From positions 104,374,053 to 104,421,075 of the forward strand of contig NC_057717.1 in the NCBI RefSeq assembly GCF_004010195.1: a stretch of 47,023 bases of DNA, written 5' to 3'. The notes beneath the pieces are model-generated. The model had not been told where the DNA came from and ran no database searches. It saw only the letters and a program-made list of their open reading frames with translations. The translations under genes and the position numbers were made by a program. Of this stretch, positions 22,924-34,900 are shown one piece after another (the first letter of the stretch is position 1; every line of letters starts with the position of its first letter). Origin of the DNA: Chiloscyllium plagiosum (Eukaryota).

Positions 22924-25900
22924 GTAACGTTTGATGGTGTGAATCAATGTGTCAGGGTGGGCACTCTTTTGCCTGGGGTTTCCTGTTGAGGAAACAGTCA
23001 TTAATGAGTGTTTTGAGACTAACGGGGAATTTTACCCAACACAGTCATTCCCATGTCACTCTGAGTAATGTAAGAATCTGGGATATATGTAATGTGGCAA
23101 TGAAACTTTATAATAGCTCACTGATATTTACAGCTATCACATTGGCAGACACACCCCAGGGTCTGCTGTCCTATTCAGCTGTTTGCTTCCTAAGACTAAC
23201 ATGCTTTCAGGGTCAAGTCATATTTCAAGGGTCCTGTGTTAAGGTGGAGTCTGAGATCTTTCTACCATCAGGTGATAGAGTAAAGAAAGATACAATCACA
23301 GACTAACTGCGACTGGTGAAAATCAGTAACATTTACTGCTATTGAGTGAGAGAGGGATGTTGGTCCTGAAGTAATCTCCTTCTATTATGTCTTCCTGTTG
23401 GTCGGGGAACATTCACATTTCATTCCAAATAGTTTGAACTCAAATTTCAAAACCGACAAAGTTCTGGTTTGGGTCGTAAGGGCTGTACCTCTGTGGTTTC
23501 GAGATTAACCACTGTCTGTCTAACCCTGTACACAGGCAAAACAGTAAAGATCAATGGTGCTGCAAAAATCAAAGTACAGCAACATTTCCTCTCTCAGTCA
23601 GGTGCCTGTTCATTATCAACAATCTCTCAGCATCTGCCTGTTTGCCGCCTTCTCCCTGACTGTGCAGTGGCACGAACCTCTCTCTTGCATAACCAGCATC
23701 AGTGTCAAATTCCGAAGGTTTCTTTGGAGCTTGGCACTGAACTATGTGAAGGAGAGAGTCAGACAGGTGACTGAGAACCTGTTTAAACAATTATTCTCAA
23801 AGGAACACCTTAACATAGGAGAGTGTGGTGGGGAAGCAGCGAGCAATTGAAAAGGGGACTTTCGGAACACAGGACCCAGGAAAGCTTGGACTCAATGCTG
23901 GAGTGATAGAGAAAATGTAAGATGGCAGAGCCCGGGGAGTAGAGATCTTGGAGGATCATTGGCTTGGAGGGAGTTATAGAAATAGAGAAGTTTTGGATGA
24001 CCAGAAGATTAGATTCCCTACAGTGTGGAAACAGGCCCTTCGGCCCAACAAATCCACACCGACCCTCTGAAGACTAACGCACCCAGACCCATTTCCCTCT
24101 GACTAATGCACCTAACACTACGGGCAATTTAGCATGGCTAATGCACCTGACCTACACATCTTTGGACTGAGAGGAAACCGGAGCACCCAGAGGAAACCCA
24201 CGCAGACACGGGGAGAACGTGCAAACTCCACGCAGTCAGTCGCCTGAGGCAGGAATTAAACCCGGGTCCCTAGCGCTGTGAGGCAGCAGTGCTGAGATAT
24301 AAAGGCATTATATAAACCAAGAGTTTATTTTACATGTATCAAAATGGAGATGTTTCTGTTGACTCTTTGTAAGGCTATGGAATTTTTGAATCTATGATTA
24401 AAAATGAGTTAATTTGGCACCAGTCATGTTGACTCTTTATTTTGAAGATTTTAATATTGTTCAATATAACATCCTAACCAGTGTCTGTTTGAATTATCTC
24501 AGGCAATCCATTCAAATCAATCCCCTTTGGAAAAGTACTGATGTCCCTCATCTTCATTCTTCTGGGCGTCATCCTCATTGTCCTGATTATTGGGGGAGTT
24601 AAATGTGAGTAATTTCACACTTGGTGTCCATGTTCCTGGGAGGTGGGCAGGCTGGCATTTACTGTCCTTGAGAAGGTGGTGATGGTGGGTTATGTTTCTC
24701 CAGTCACTGTGGTCAGTGCGGTGATGTTGGGCTTCCACCTGATTCAGAATGTAACAGATCGAAACCTGTCAATTCCTCTGAAATTTCGGAAGGTGACGTC
24801 GAAGGCTTTGTTGTGGGTAATTTGGTTTTGGAGAATTTCATTTCCAATCTCCCAGCCGGTAAATTCACTTTGCATCTAAATTCTTGATGATATCTTAGGG
24901 TCAGAGGTCAACAGGCGAGTGGAGGAGTTTCCATCTCAAAACCAGATACAGATTTCGCAAGCACTGAAGAACGGTAAGTGGAGCATCTATGAAATCAGGG
25001 TCTCTGTGAATTCATCAGTAAAATCAAGTTCATTGTGAATTTGTCAGTGAAATCAGTGTCATTGCAAATCCATCAGTGGAATCAATGTCATTGTGAATTC
25101 ATCAGTGAAATTAATTTTGTTGTGAATTAATTAGTGAAATCAGTGTCATTGTGAATTCATCAGTGAAATTAATATCATTGTGAATTAATTAGTGAAATCA
25201 GTGTCATTGTGAATTCATCAGTGAAATCAATTTTGATGTGAATTCAACAGTGAATCCAGTGTATTGCAAATTCATCAATGGAATCAATTTCATTGTGAAT
25301 TCATTAGTGAAATCAGTTTCATTGTGAATTCATCAGAGAAATAAGTTTAATTGTGAATTTATTCGTGAAATCAGTGTCTTTGCAAATTCATCAGTGGAAT
25401 AATTGTCATTGTGAATTCATCAGTGAATTAAGTATCACTGAATTTATCATTAGTTGAATCAGTGTGATTATGGATTAACCTACGGAATTGTTTGATTGTG
25501 AATTCACCTGTCGAATCAGTTTCACTGGAGGAATTCCATCGGTCCCCTGCCCTAGCGTCCCTGTCTGCAGGAAAGGATAAATCATCAGCACCTCAGCCGC
25601 ATTGCAACTCTTTAGCCATTTTAACAACATCTAGAACTTTTTGGAAGAAATGCTTAGAAGGACATATTTATTAGTCCTTGTTAATTTTAGTCAGCTGGGT
25701 TCAGTGGGTATTGTCAATTAAAAAGTCTTCTACTCTCAGTATCAATATGGAGCATGTGTGAAAGGGGCTGAGTGACAGTGGACAAGTGTGTAGAGCTCTA
25801 GTTCAGATGTCACCTCTCACCTTCCTCTGTGTATCATCATGTTTAATGAAGCCTATTGCAGGTCACTGACAGCAGTGTAGCCCTCACATGATTGCAACTC

Positions 25901-28900
25901 CACTAAACCCACAGCGCGAGATCAGGGTTCAGTTCCCCAGCAGCTGTGATGAAGCAAGCTGGAGTTTTACTCCCTCATAACTTACTCACCAGTTCACAAA
26001 CAATGTGAGTTCATTCTGTGGATTGTCACAATGGAATGTGAACTCAAACACTGACTTGACCTGAAGCCAAGGCTCCCGTGTACCGTGATTGTAATCTCAT
26101 TCAATAATTGTGTGATATCTTGATGCCTATTGACTCTGAAGCTGGAGCAATGGACTCCAGTGGAATAAACCCAACAAAGAATTAAACATGCAGGGCAACC
26201 AGGGATTGGAGATTTGAGTGTTGTATCTGACGAGAGGGACGTGAAAAGACTCTGGATGGTCTACAAGCATTTGTCATCTCAATACTCCTCCAAATCTGGC
26301 CTCTTACATTCCACAGGATGTTGTGGTTCTGTTCGCCGAGCTGGAAGTTTTTGTTGCAAACGTTTCGTCCCCTGGCTAAGTGGTCTGTCCCTGCCGCTTC
26401 CGGTTGTCAGTTTCAGCTGTCCGCTGTAGTGGTTGGTATATGCTAACAATCCGCATACATGAACATCAACTAGCCACGAAACGACACGACCAGCTATCCT
26501 TAGTAGCCACACACGCAGACAACAAGCAACATGAATTCGACTGGGACAACACTACTATCATAGGGCAAGCCAGACAGAGAACAGCCAGGGAATTCCTAGA
26601 GGCATGGCATTCATCCACAAACTCCATCAACAAACACATCGACCTGGACCCAATATACCAACCACTACATGTGCCTCAGGGTGTTTTACCTGCGTTAAAG
26701 GCGCTATATCAAGGCAGTGTTGTTGTTTTATGTTCTATACACCAGTCCTGTATAAACTCCCTTCCCTCTTTCCCTTTCTCAGGATCACTTCCAGCAGCTC
26801 AGACCTGGGGGTTGCCTTAACCTCCTGCAGGTCTCCATTCCTGTACAATCTGAACAGCACCAATCCCAGGCCACGCACACAGTGAGTCCTTCCCTGCAAA
26901 TCCCAGCGTCAGTTGGGATGAAGTGTTTTGCTGGGAGGTGCTGGGATTCATTTCCCTCACACCCCTGCACTGGAAACTCACTGTTTAGATCAGAGTGGTG
27001 CTGGAAAAGCACAGCAGGTCAGGCAGCATCCGGGGAGCAGGAAAATCGACGTTTCAGGCATAGGCCTTCATCAGGAATTTTTTGTGGAAACTCACAATCA
27101 TTCTGTCCAAATTCTCGCCTTGGCTCAAATTTTAAATTGTTTCTCGCATTTTAGTTTTGGAGAAATCAGACCTGAAAGATATCATGCTGCAATTCCAGGA
27201 TGAAGTGACACGGATGGAGGATCGAGGTGAGTGGGATCGTACAGCATCAATAGAATGGCAGCATGTGAAACACTGAGCAAAGTTTCAGGCACAGATATCA
27301 CTATCTGTCGTCTATACAGCTCCCCCTCACCAAGTGAATAGGTTGAAAGGGCTCAGAAAAGATTTTCAAGGATGTAGCTGGAGTTTTACAAAGTTAAAAA
27401 TCACACCACACCAGCTTACAGACCAACAGGTTTATTTGGAAGCACTAGACTTCGGAGCGCTGCTCTGTCATCAGGTGGTTGTGGAATATAAGATCGTAAA
27501 CACAGAATTTATAGCAAAAGTTTACAGTGTGATGTAACTAAAATTATACACTGAAAAAGACCTGGAGTGTTTGTTAAGTCTCTCATCTTTTAGAATGACC
27601 ATGTTGGTTTCAGTTTCTTCTGGGGTTGGAGGGTTTGAGCTATAGCAAGAGGCTGAACAGGCTGGGGCTGTTTTCCCTGGAGCGTCAGAGGCTGAGGGGC
27701 GACCTTATAGAGGTTTATAACATCATGAGGGACATGGATAGGGTAAATAAACAAGGTCTTTTCCCTGGGATGGGGGAGTCCAGAACTAGAGGGCATAGGT
27801 TCAGGGTGAGAGGGGAAAGATATAAAAGAGACCTAAGGGGCAACTTTTTCTTGCAGAACGTGATGTGTGTATGGAATGAGCTGCCAGAGGAAGTGGTGGA
27901 GTCTGGTTCAATTGCAACATTTAAAAGGCATTTGGATGGGTATATGATTAGGAAGGGTTTGGAGGGATATGGACCAAGTGCTGGCAAATGGGACAAGATT
28001 AATTTAGGATATCTGGTCGACATGGACAGGTCTGACTGAAGGGTCTGTTTCAGTGCTGTACATCTCTGTGACTCTAGTTCCCTCAGACATTCTCCAAGTA
28101 TGGTCAAATATCAGTTCTGAAATAGTCAACTGAGACAGGATGCCAATTCATGGAATATTTCAGGGAACGTCGCTGGGACACACACATTAAACAACCCCAC
28201 GTCCCTGTGGACAACTACTTCAACTCCCCCTCCCACTCACCAAAGGACATGCAAGTCCTGGGCCTCCTCCAGCACCAAATCAAAGCCACCTGCCTACTGG
28301 AGGAATAATGCCTCATCTTCCATCTTGGGACCTTTCAGCCACATGGCATCAACATTGACTTCACTAGTTTCCAAAACTCCCCCTTCTCCCACTCCATCCC
28401 AGAACGAACCCTCCAAATTGGCACCACTCTCTTGAACGGTCTCACCTGTCCATCTTCCTTCCCACCTATCTGCTCCATCTTCCCCTCCGACCTATCACTA
28501 TCACCCCCCCACCAATGTCTCCCTATTGCCTTTCCAGCTACTTCACCCCCACCCCCACCCTCCTATTTATCCCTCAAACCCCCTCCCCCACCACATTCTT
28601 GATGCCCAAAATGTTGATTCTCCCGCTCCTCAGATGCTGCCTGACCTTCTGTCCATTCCCAGAGCTCTTCACTGTCTCCGAGTTGGACTGAAGGGTCTGT
28701 TTCTGTGCTGTGCAGCTGGATAACTCCACAAGTGGGACTAGATTAATTTCAGATATCTGGTCAGCATAGACGAGTTGGACCAAAGGGTTTGTTCCCATGC
28801 TGTACAATGACTCTATGAACATCTCCAATCCAATCACAGAACAGTACAGCATAGGAACAGGCCCATTGGCCCACCTTGTCTGTACCCATTCGAGATGTTA

Positions 28901-31900
28901 ATCCCTAATCCTGAGCAACAACTACGTTTTCAATTCCAAATTGTCTTTTAATGACATGGGAGGGCTTGAATGGAGTCTGAAGTGCTGTCAGTCTCCTAGG
29001 TTCAGAGTGAAAGAAATTCCTGTTGGAGTGAGGGTCAGTCTCCTGCAGGTGGCAGCAGCTCCCCACTGGCTGGAGATGTGAGAGAATCTGCCTCAATGAG
29101 GCAGGATTATCGACAGAAAGAGAGAGAGAGAAAATGTAGGGGAGGAAAACAGAGTGGGGAGGGAGAGGGAAGCAAGAGACGGAGAAAAACAGACAGCGAG
29201 GAAAAAGGAGAGAGGGAGGGAAAGAGGGAGGATGAGGGAAACACAGAGAGAGGGGGAGACAGAGGGAGGGAACCAGAGACAGAGGGAAAGGGAGAGATGA
29301 AAAAATCAGTCTGTTACATCTGACCATATCAAATCCCTTACTCCAGGTGGACGACACCCACATCAATCCTCCTTGTTACTTCCTCAAAATGTTCTATTAC
29401 ATTAGTAAAACACAGTCTTCCCTTAACAAAGCCATTCTGCCCCTCCTTGGTTAATGTGTGCCTTTTTAAATGAGGTGTAGAGGTGATTCAGACACTTTTC
29501 CCACCACCCAGGATCAGAGTAGTCATCCTCGTCATTTGGCTTCTTCCCCATCTCCATTTTAACCAAGGCTACAACATTTAGATTTCTCCAGTCCTCTGGG
29601 TAGCTCCCCTATGCAGAGTGAGGATTGCAAAATGATCCTTTTACGAACGAGAGGGACCGTATTGTTGAAGAGGAGAGTGTGAAATGGACTGGTAAGCTAG
29701 AGGAGATACTTGTTAGGAAGGAAGATGTGTTGGACATTTTGAACAACTTGAGGATAGACAAGTCCCCCGGGCCTGACGGGATATATTTTAGGATTATGTG
29801 GGAAGCAAGAGAGGAAATTGCAGTACCGTTGGCAATGATCTTTTCATCTTCACTGTCAACAGGGGTGGTACCAGGGGACTGGAGAGTGGCAAATGTTGTG
29901 CCCCTGTTCAAAAAAAGGNNNNNNNNNNNNNNNNNNNNNNNNNNNNNNNNNNNNNNNNNNNNNNNNNNNNNNNNNNNNNNNNNNNNNNNNNNNNNNNNNN
30001 NNNNNNNNNNNNNNNNNNNNNNNNNNNNNNNNNNNNNNNNNNNNNNNNNNNNNNNNNNNNNNNNNNNNNNNNNNNNNNNNNNNNNNNNNNNNNNNNNNNN
30101 NNNNNNNNNNNNNNNNNNNNNNNNNNNNNNNNNNNNNNNNNNNNNNNNNNNNNNNNNNNNNNNNNNNNNNNNNNNNNNNNNNNNNNNNNNNNNNNNNNNN
30201 NNNNNNNNNNNNNNNNNNNNNNNNNNNNNNNNNNNNNNNNNNNNNNNNNNNNNNNNNNNNNNNNNNNNNNNNNNNNNNNNNNNNNNNNNNNNNNNNNNNN
30301 NNNNNNNNNNNNNNNNNNNNNNNNNNNNNNNNNNNNNNNNNNNNNNNNNNNNNNNNNNNNNNNNNNNNNNNNNNNNNNNNNNNNNNNNNNNNNNNNNNNN
30401 NNNNNNNNNNNNNNNNNNNNNNNNNNNNNNNNNNNNNNNNNNNNNNNNNNNNNNNNNNNNNNNNNNNNNNNNNNNNNNNNNNNNNNNNNNNNNNNNNNNN
30501 NNNNNNNNNNNNNNNNNNNNNNNNNNNNNNNNNNNNNNNNNNNNNNNNNNNNNNNNNNNNNNNNNNNNNNNNNNNNNNNNNNNNNNNNNNNNNNNNNNNN
30601 NNNNNNNNNNNNNNNNNNNNNNNNNNNNNNNNNNNNNNNNNNNNNNNNNNNNNNNNNNNNNNNNNNNNNNNNNNNNNNNNNNNNNNNNNNNNNNNNNNNN
30701 NNNNNNNNNNNNNNNNNNNNNNNNNNNNNNNNNNNNNNNNNNNNNNNNNNNNNNNNNNNNNNNNNNNNNNNNNNNNNNNNTTTTTCCCCGGGTACAATAG
30801 AGTGTTACAAGGGGACATAAATTTAAGGTGAAGGGTGGAAGGTATAGGGGAGATGTCAGGGGTGGGTTCTTTACCCAGAGAGTGGTGGGGGCATGGAATG
30901 CGCTGCCTGTGGGAGTGGCAGAGTCAGAATCTTTGGTGACCTTTAAGCGGCAATTGGATAGGTACATGGATGGGTGCTTAAGCTAGGACAAATGTTCGGC
31001 ACAACACTGTGGGCCGAAGGGCCTGTTCTGTGCTGTATTGTTCTATGTTCTATGTTCTATCCTCAGAGCATTTACCATTTCCTCCCTGGCTTCCTTTAAC
31101 TGCCAGGATACAATACTGCCAGCCCGGGGGGAAATGTGTCCACTTTGAGGAAGGTCAGTCCCTCCCAGACTGCTCTTGACATTCAGCTTATTGTATTTCA
31201 GATTTCCCACTCCTTCTGTTTAATGAGACTGTCTACACATCCCCTTACTTTGTGAAGGCTAATCATTAAGAACCTGGCCCCATCTTCTGCATCTCACACA
31301 AGTTCCCATGAACATGCTAATAGACCCAACCCTTGTCTTAGTCTTCCTCTTGCTCTTAATGCACTGAATAAACACCTTTGTATTTTCTTTGATTTTGCCC
31401 TCTAATATTTTCTGATGTCCTTTTTTTTCTTCCGAGATTTCCTTTTTATTTGCCCAACACTGTGCCTTCTATATTTCTCTGGGACTTCTGCAGGATTAAG
31501 GTTTTTTTTTGAGATTGTCAACCGCTCTATTTTTCTTCTTGCCCTTACCCTGTGTGCACCTGGAATCCCCTACTGCCTGCTCTGAGCTTGTCCTGTCTGA
31601 ATCCACTCTAAGTTTCCCACCACCCTGCCAACCTCAATGAAACCATTTCCCACAGCGTGAGCATATCTTCCCTGTGAGAACCTACAACCCAGTCCTGCTC
31701 AGGTACAGACAGTTCGGCCTCTACAGGTCACATGCTCCCCAGAGCCAGTTCCAAATACCTGAGACATCTGACACTTGCCCCTCCTACACTAGCTTTTCAA
31801 CCACACCCTGGACCCCTCCAGTCTGTCTCCACTCCCTGATTGCACATGGAACTGGGAATTATCCAGAAATTAGTGTTTTAGGCAACATGCCTTTCAATCT

Positions 31901-34900
31901 CCTGCCTGAATCCCTGAATCTGTTTCCAGGACCTCGCCCGTTCCTACCCAAGTCATTTGGAACAATGTTTGACCTTGACCCCTGACTGTTCACCCTCCCT
32001 CTTCAGAATGTCCTATATCCTTGACCCTGGCACCAGGTAGGCACAGAAGCACACCAACCTGGACTCACATCTTTCACCGCAGAAACACTCCCAAATCCCC
32101 GAGCAAAACTGCTCTTCCCTCTTCTACCTTCCCTGCTTGTACAGCAGAGCCACCCATGGTGCCATGAACTTGAATCTGAATGCACTCTTCTGGGGAACCA
32201 GCACCCTCCCCGTTATCCCAAACAGCAAACCCTTTCATGTGTGGGTCCCCAGGGCATTTCTGAATGAACCCCCTGGTTTTCATGGACTGTTGGTTGGGCA
32301 GGCAGTTTCTCTCTGTGGTCATGCTGCTCATGTGTGGTGTGACCATCTCCCTGAACATGCCTTCCATGTAGTTCTCAGCCTGCTGGGGAAACCCCAGGGA
32401 CTTCAATTGCCGTTCAAGACCTGACACTTGGAGCTCAGCTTGCTGCAGCTGCTATCACTTCCTGTCACAATCTTCACTTCCATCTATGAGAGGGCACAAA
32501 TTCCACATGACAAAACTGTCCTGTCATACCTTAGCACAGTTTACCTATGCAACTTTATTTTACTTTAGTTTACTTACATTAACTTAATTATAATTTGTGT
32601 GTCTGTTAGTGTGTGATTTAGTATGTTTGTGTGTATGGGATGCGTGTGTATCAGTGTGTGTGTGTGTGTGAGTGTATGTGCATCTGTGTTTGTGTGTGTG
32701 AGTGCTTGTTTGTGTCTGTATATGTGTGTATTAGTCTGTGTGCGTGTCTGTCTGTATGTATGTGTGTGTGTTTGGGTGTATGTGTGTGTCCATGAGTTTA
32801 TGAGTGCGTGAGTGTTNNNNNNNNNNNNNNNNNNNNNNNNNNNNNNNNNNNNNNNNNNNNNNNNNNNNNNNNNNNNNNNNNNNNNNNNNNNNNNNNNNNN
32901 NNNNNNNNNNNNNNNNNNNNNNNNNNNNNNNNNNNNNNNNNNNNNNNNNNNNNNNNNNNNNNNNNNNNNNNNNNNNNNNNNNNNNNNNNNNNNNNNNNNN
33001 NNNNNNNNNNNNNNNNNNNNNNNNNNNNNNNNNNNNNNNNNNNNNNNNNNNNNNNNNNNNNNNNNNNNNNNNNNNNNNNNNNNNNNNNNNNNNNNNNNNN
33101 NNNNNNNNNNNNNNNNNNNNNNNNNNNNNNNNNNNNNNNNNNNNNNNNNNNNNNNNNNNNNNNNNNNNNNNNNNNNNNNNNNNNNNNNNNNNNNNNNNNN
33201 NNNNNNNNNNNNNNNNNNNNNNNNNNNNNNNNNNNNNNNNNNNNNNNNNNNNNNNNNNNNNNNNNNNNNNNNNNNNNNNNNNNNNNNNNNNNTATGTATG
33301 TGTGTATGTGTACGTGTTTGTGTGTGTATCTGTGTGTGTATGTATGTGTGTGTGTATGTGTGTGTGTGTACGTGTTTGGGTTTGCCTGTTACTGTGTATT
33401 TATCACGCCTTCTGATCGATACTAGATTTCCTTTTGCTGTTTAGTTTTGGCTGCATTTTCGAACAAGATGACTAACTTCATGAGCAAGATATCCATGAAA
33501 ATCGAAATGCTGCCAGAACCCGGTGAGTTTTGAAGTTGAAGATTGAAGTAAAGTGAGTGTTTGTTTCTGTAAATCACAAGGATTAAATAACAAGTGAACA
33601 CAAATGGAAATTGCTGGAGAAACCCAGCAGGTCTGGGGCAGCATCTGTGGAGAGAGAAACAGTTCACATTTCGAGTCCAGTGACCGTCCAGAACTAGAGG
33701 GCAAAGGTTTAGGGTGAGAGGGGAAAGATATAAAAGAGACCTAAGGGGCAACTTTTTCACTCGGAGGTGGTACGTGTATGGAATGAGCTGCCAGAGGAAG
33801 TGGTGGAGGCTGGTACAATTGCAACATTTAAAAGGCATCTGGATGGGTGTATGAGTAGGAAGGGTTTGGAGGGATATGGGCCGGGTGCTGGCAGGTGGGA
33901 CTAGATTGAGTTGGGATATCTGGTCGGCATGGACTAAAGAGTCTGTTTCCATGTTGTACTACTCTATGACTCTAAAACAGATCCATCGCAGAAGTTGCCA
34001 GACCTGCTGAGTTTCTCTAGCAATTTCTGTGTGTGTTTCAGATTTCCAGCATCTTACTTTATTTTAAAATAATGTTTTATTTTAAATAATTGCTTTATTT
34101 TAAATAATGAGTGATCTGGTCGAGTGAACGGGAGGAGGTCCCTCTGCACCCTCTCTGATTGGTGAGCTAGCCTTGGTGCCATGATTTATTCACAAGTCAG
34201 GAGGCCGTCCTACTGGACTGGACCAGGTTGGCAGCCAAGGTAGGAAACTACAGAAAGAGCAACTTACTCTAAGCACTTAAAGATATGAATGAAGCCAAGA
34301 CAGCAACTCATTGTTTAAAGAATGGGAGCTAATGTTTTCAATGGTCTTCGCTACGACCCAGGACGCTGTTAATGGTGCAGTGATGGGAATGGGGAGGCCA
34401 CTATTAAAAGGAAGTCATTAAAATGTGTTGAATCCCTGTCAAACTGAAACTGTTTCACACAATTCTCATTCCATTGTTGATTTATCCTCTCAGTATTGAC
34501 AATTCAGTGTGAAATCAGACATAATCAAACAGCACGGCAGGTACGATATGTCTGATGGTCTGATTGGATTCCTGTACCTTATCTCCTCAATTTTCTACAG
34601 CATGCCAGAACCTTCAGTGCCCGCGGTATTGGGTAAACTTCAATGACAGCTGTTACTACTTTTCAACTCAAGAAGCCTCATGGAACTCCAGCAAGACATA
34701 CTGCTCCCTACGACACTCCTACCTTGTCAGCATTAACACAGCTGAAGAGCAGGTGAAGTTACACTGACACATTGGGCACTGGTTCAGCTATCTGTTCAAG
34801 ACTGCATTGCAAAGACTTTCCAGATAGAAAGCAGTCCCACTTTTGTTCAGCAAAGCTATTAGAAGAATCGTAGACTCTCTACAGCACAAATAGAGAGCAT

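Larger units (their letters stand above)
29325..32470 (-). mobile_element. Old, highly degenerate CR1 LINE (ORF2 remnants plus ORF1 esterase-like remnants at ~31580-32450), split by a younger CR1
   Basis: Minus-strand PGARVKD-like and ISG..PVP-like remnants; RT-region remnants on both sides of the 29615-31060 insert. Confidence 0.55.

Noticed and set aside
24990..25540. CRISPR-like array (also 41161-41521)
   Set aside because: Head-to-tail tandem units with no unique spacers, no cas genes, vertebrate context.
27626..28039. 137-aa ORF as a host gene
   Set aside because: It is the C-terminus of CR1 ORF2, repeated many times in the window.
29609..30967. 300-450 aa ORFs here, and similar ones at 32804-33444 and 44044-44775
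   Set aside because: Open only because they cross N gaps; real residues are CR1 or microsatellite.
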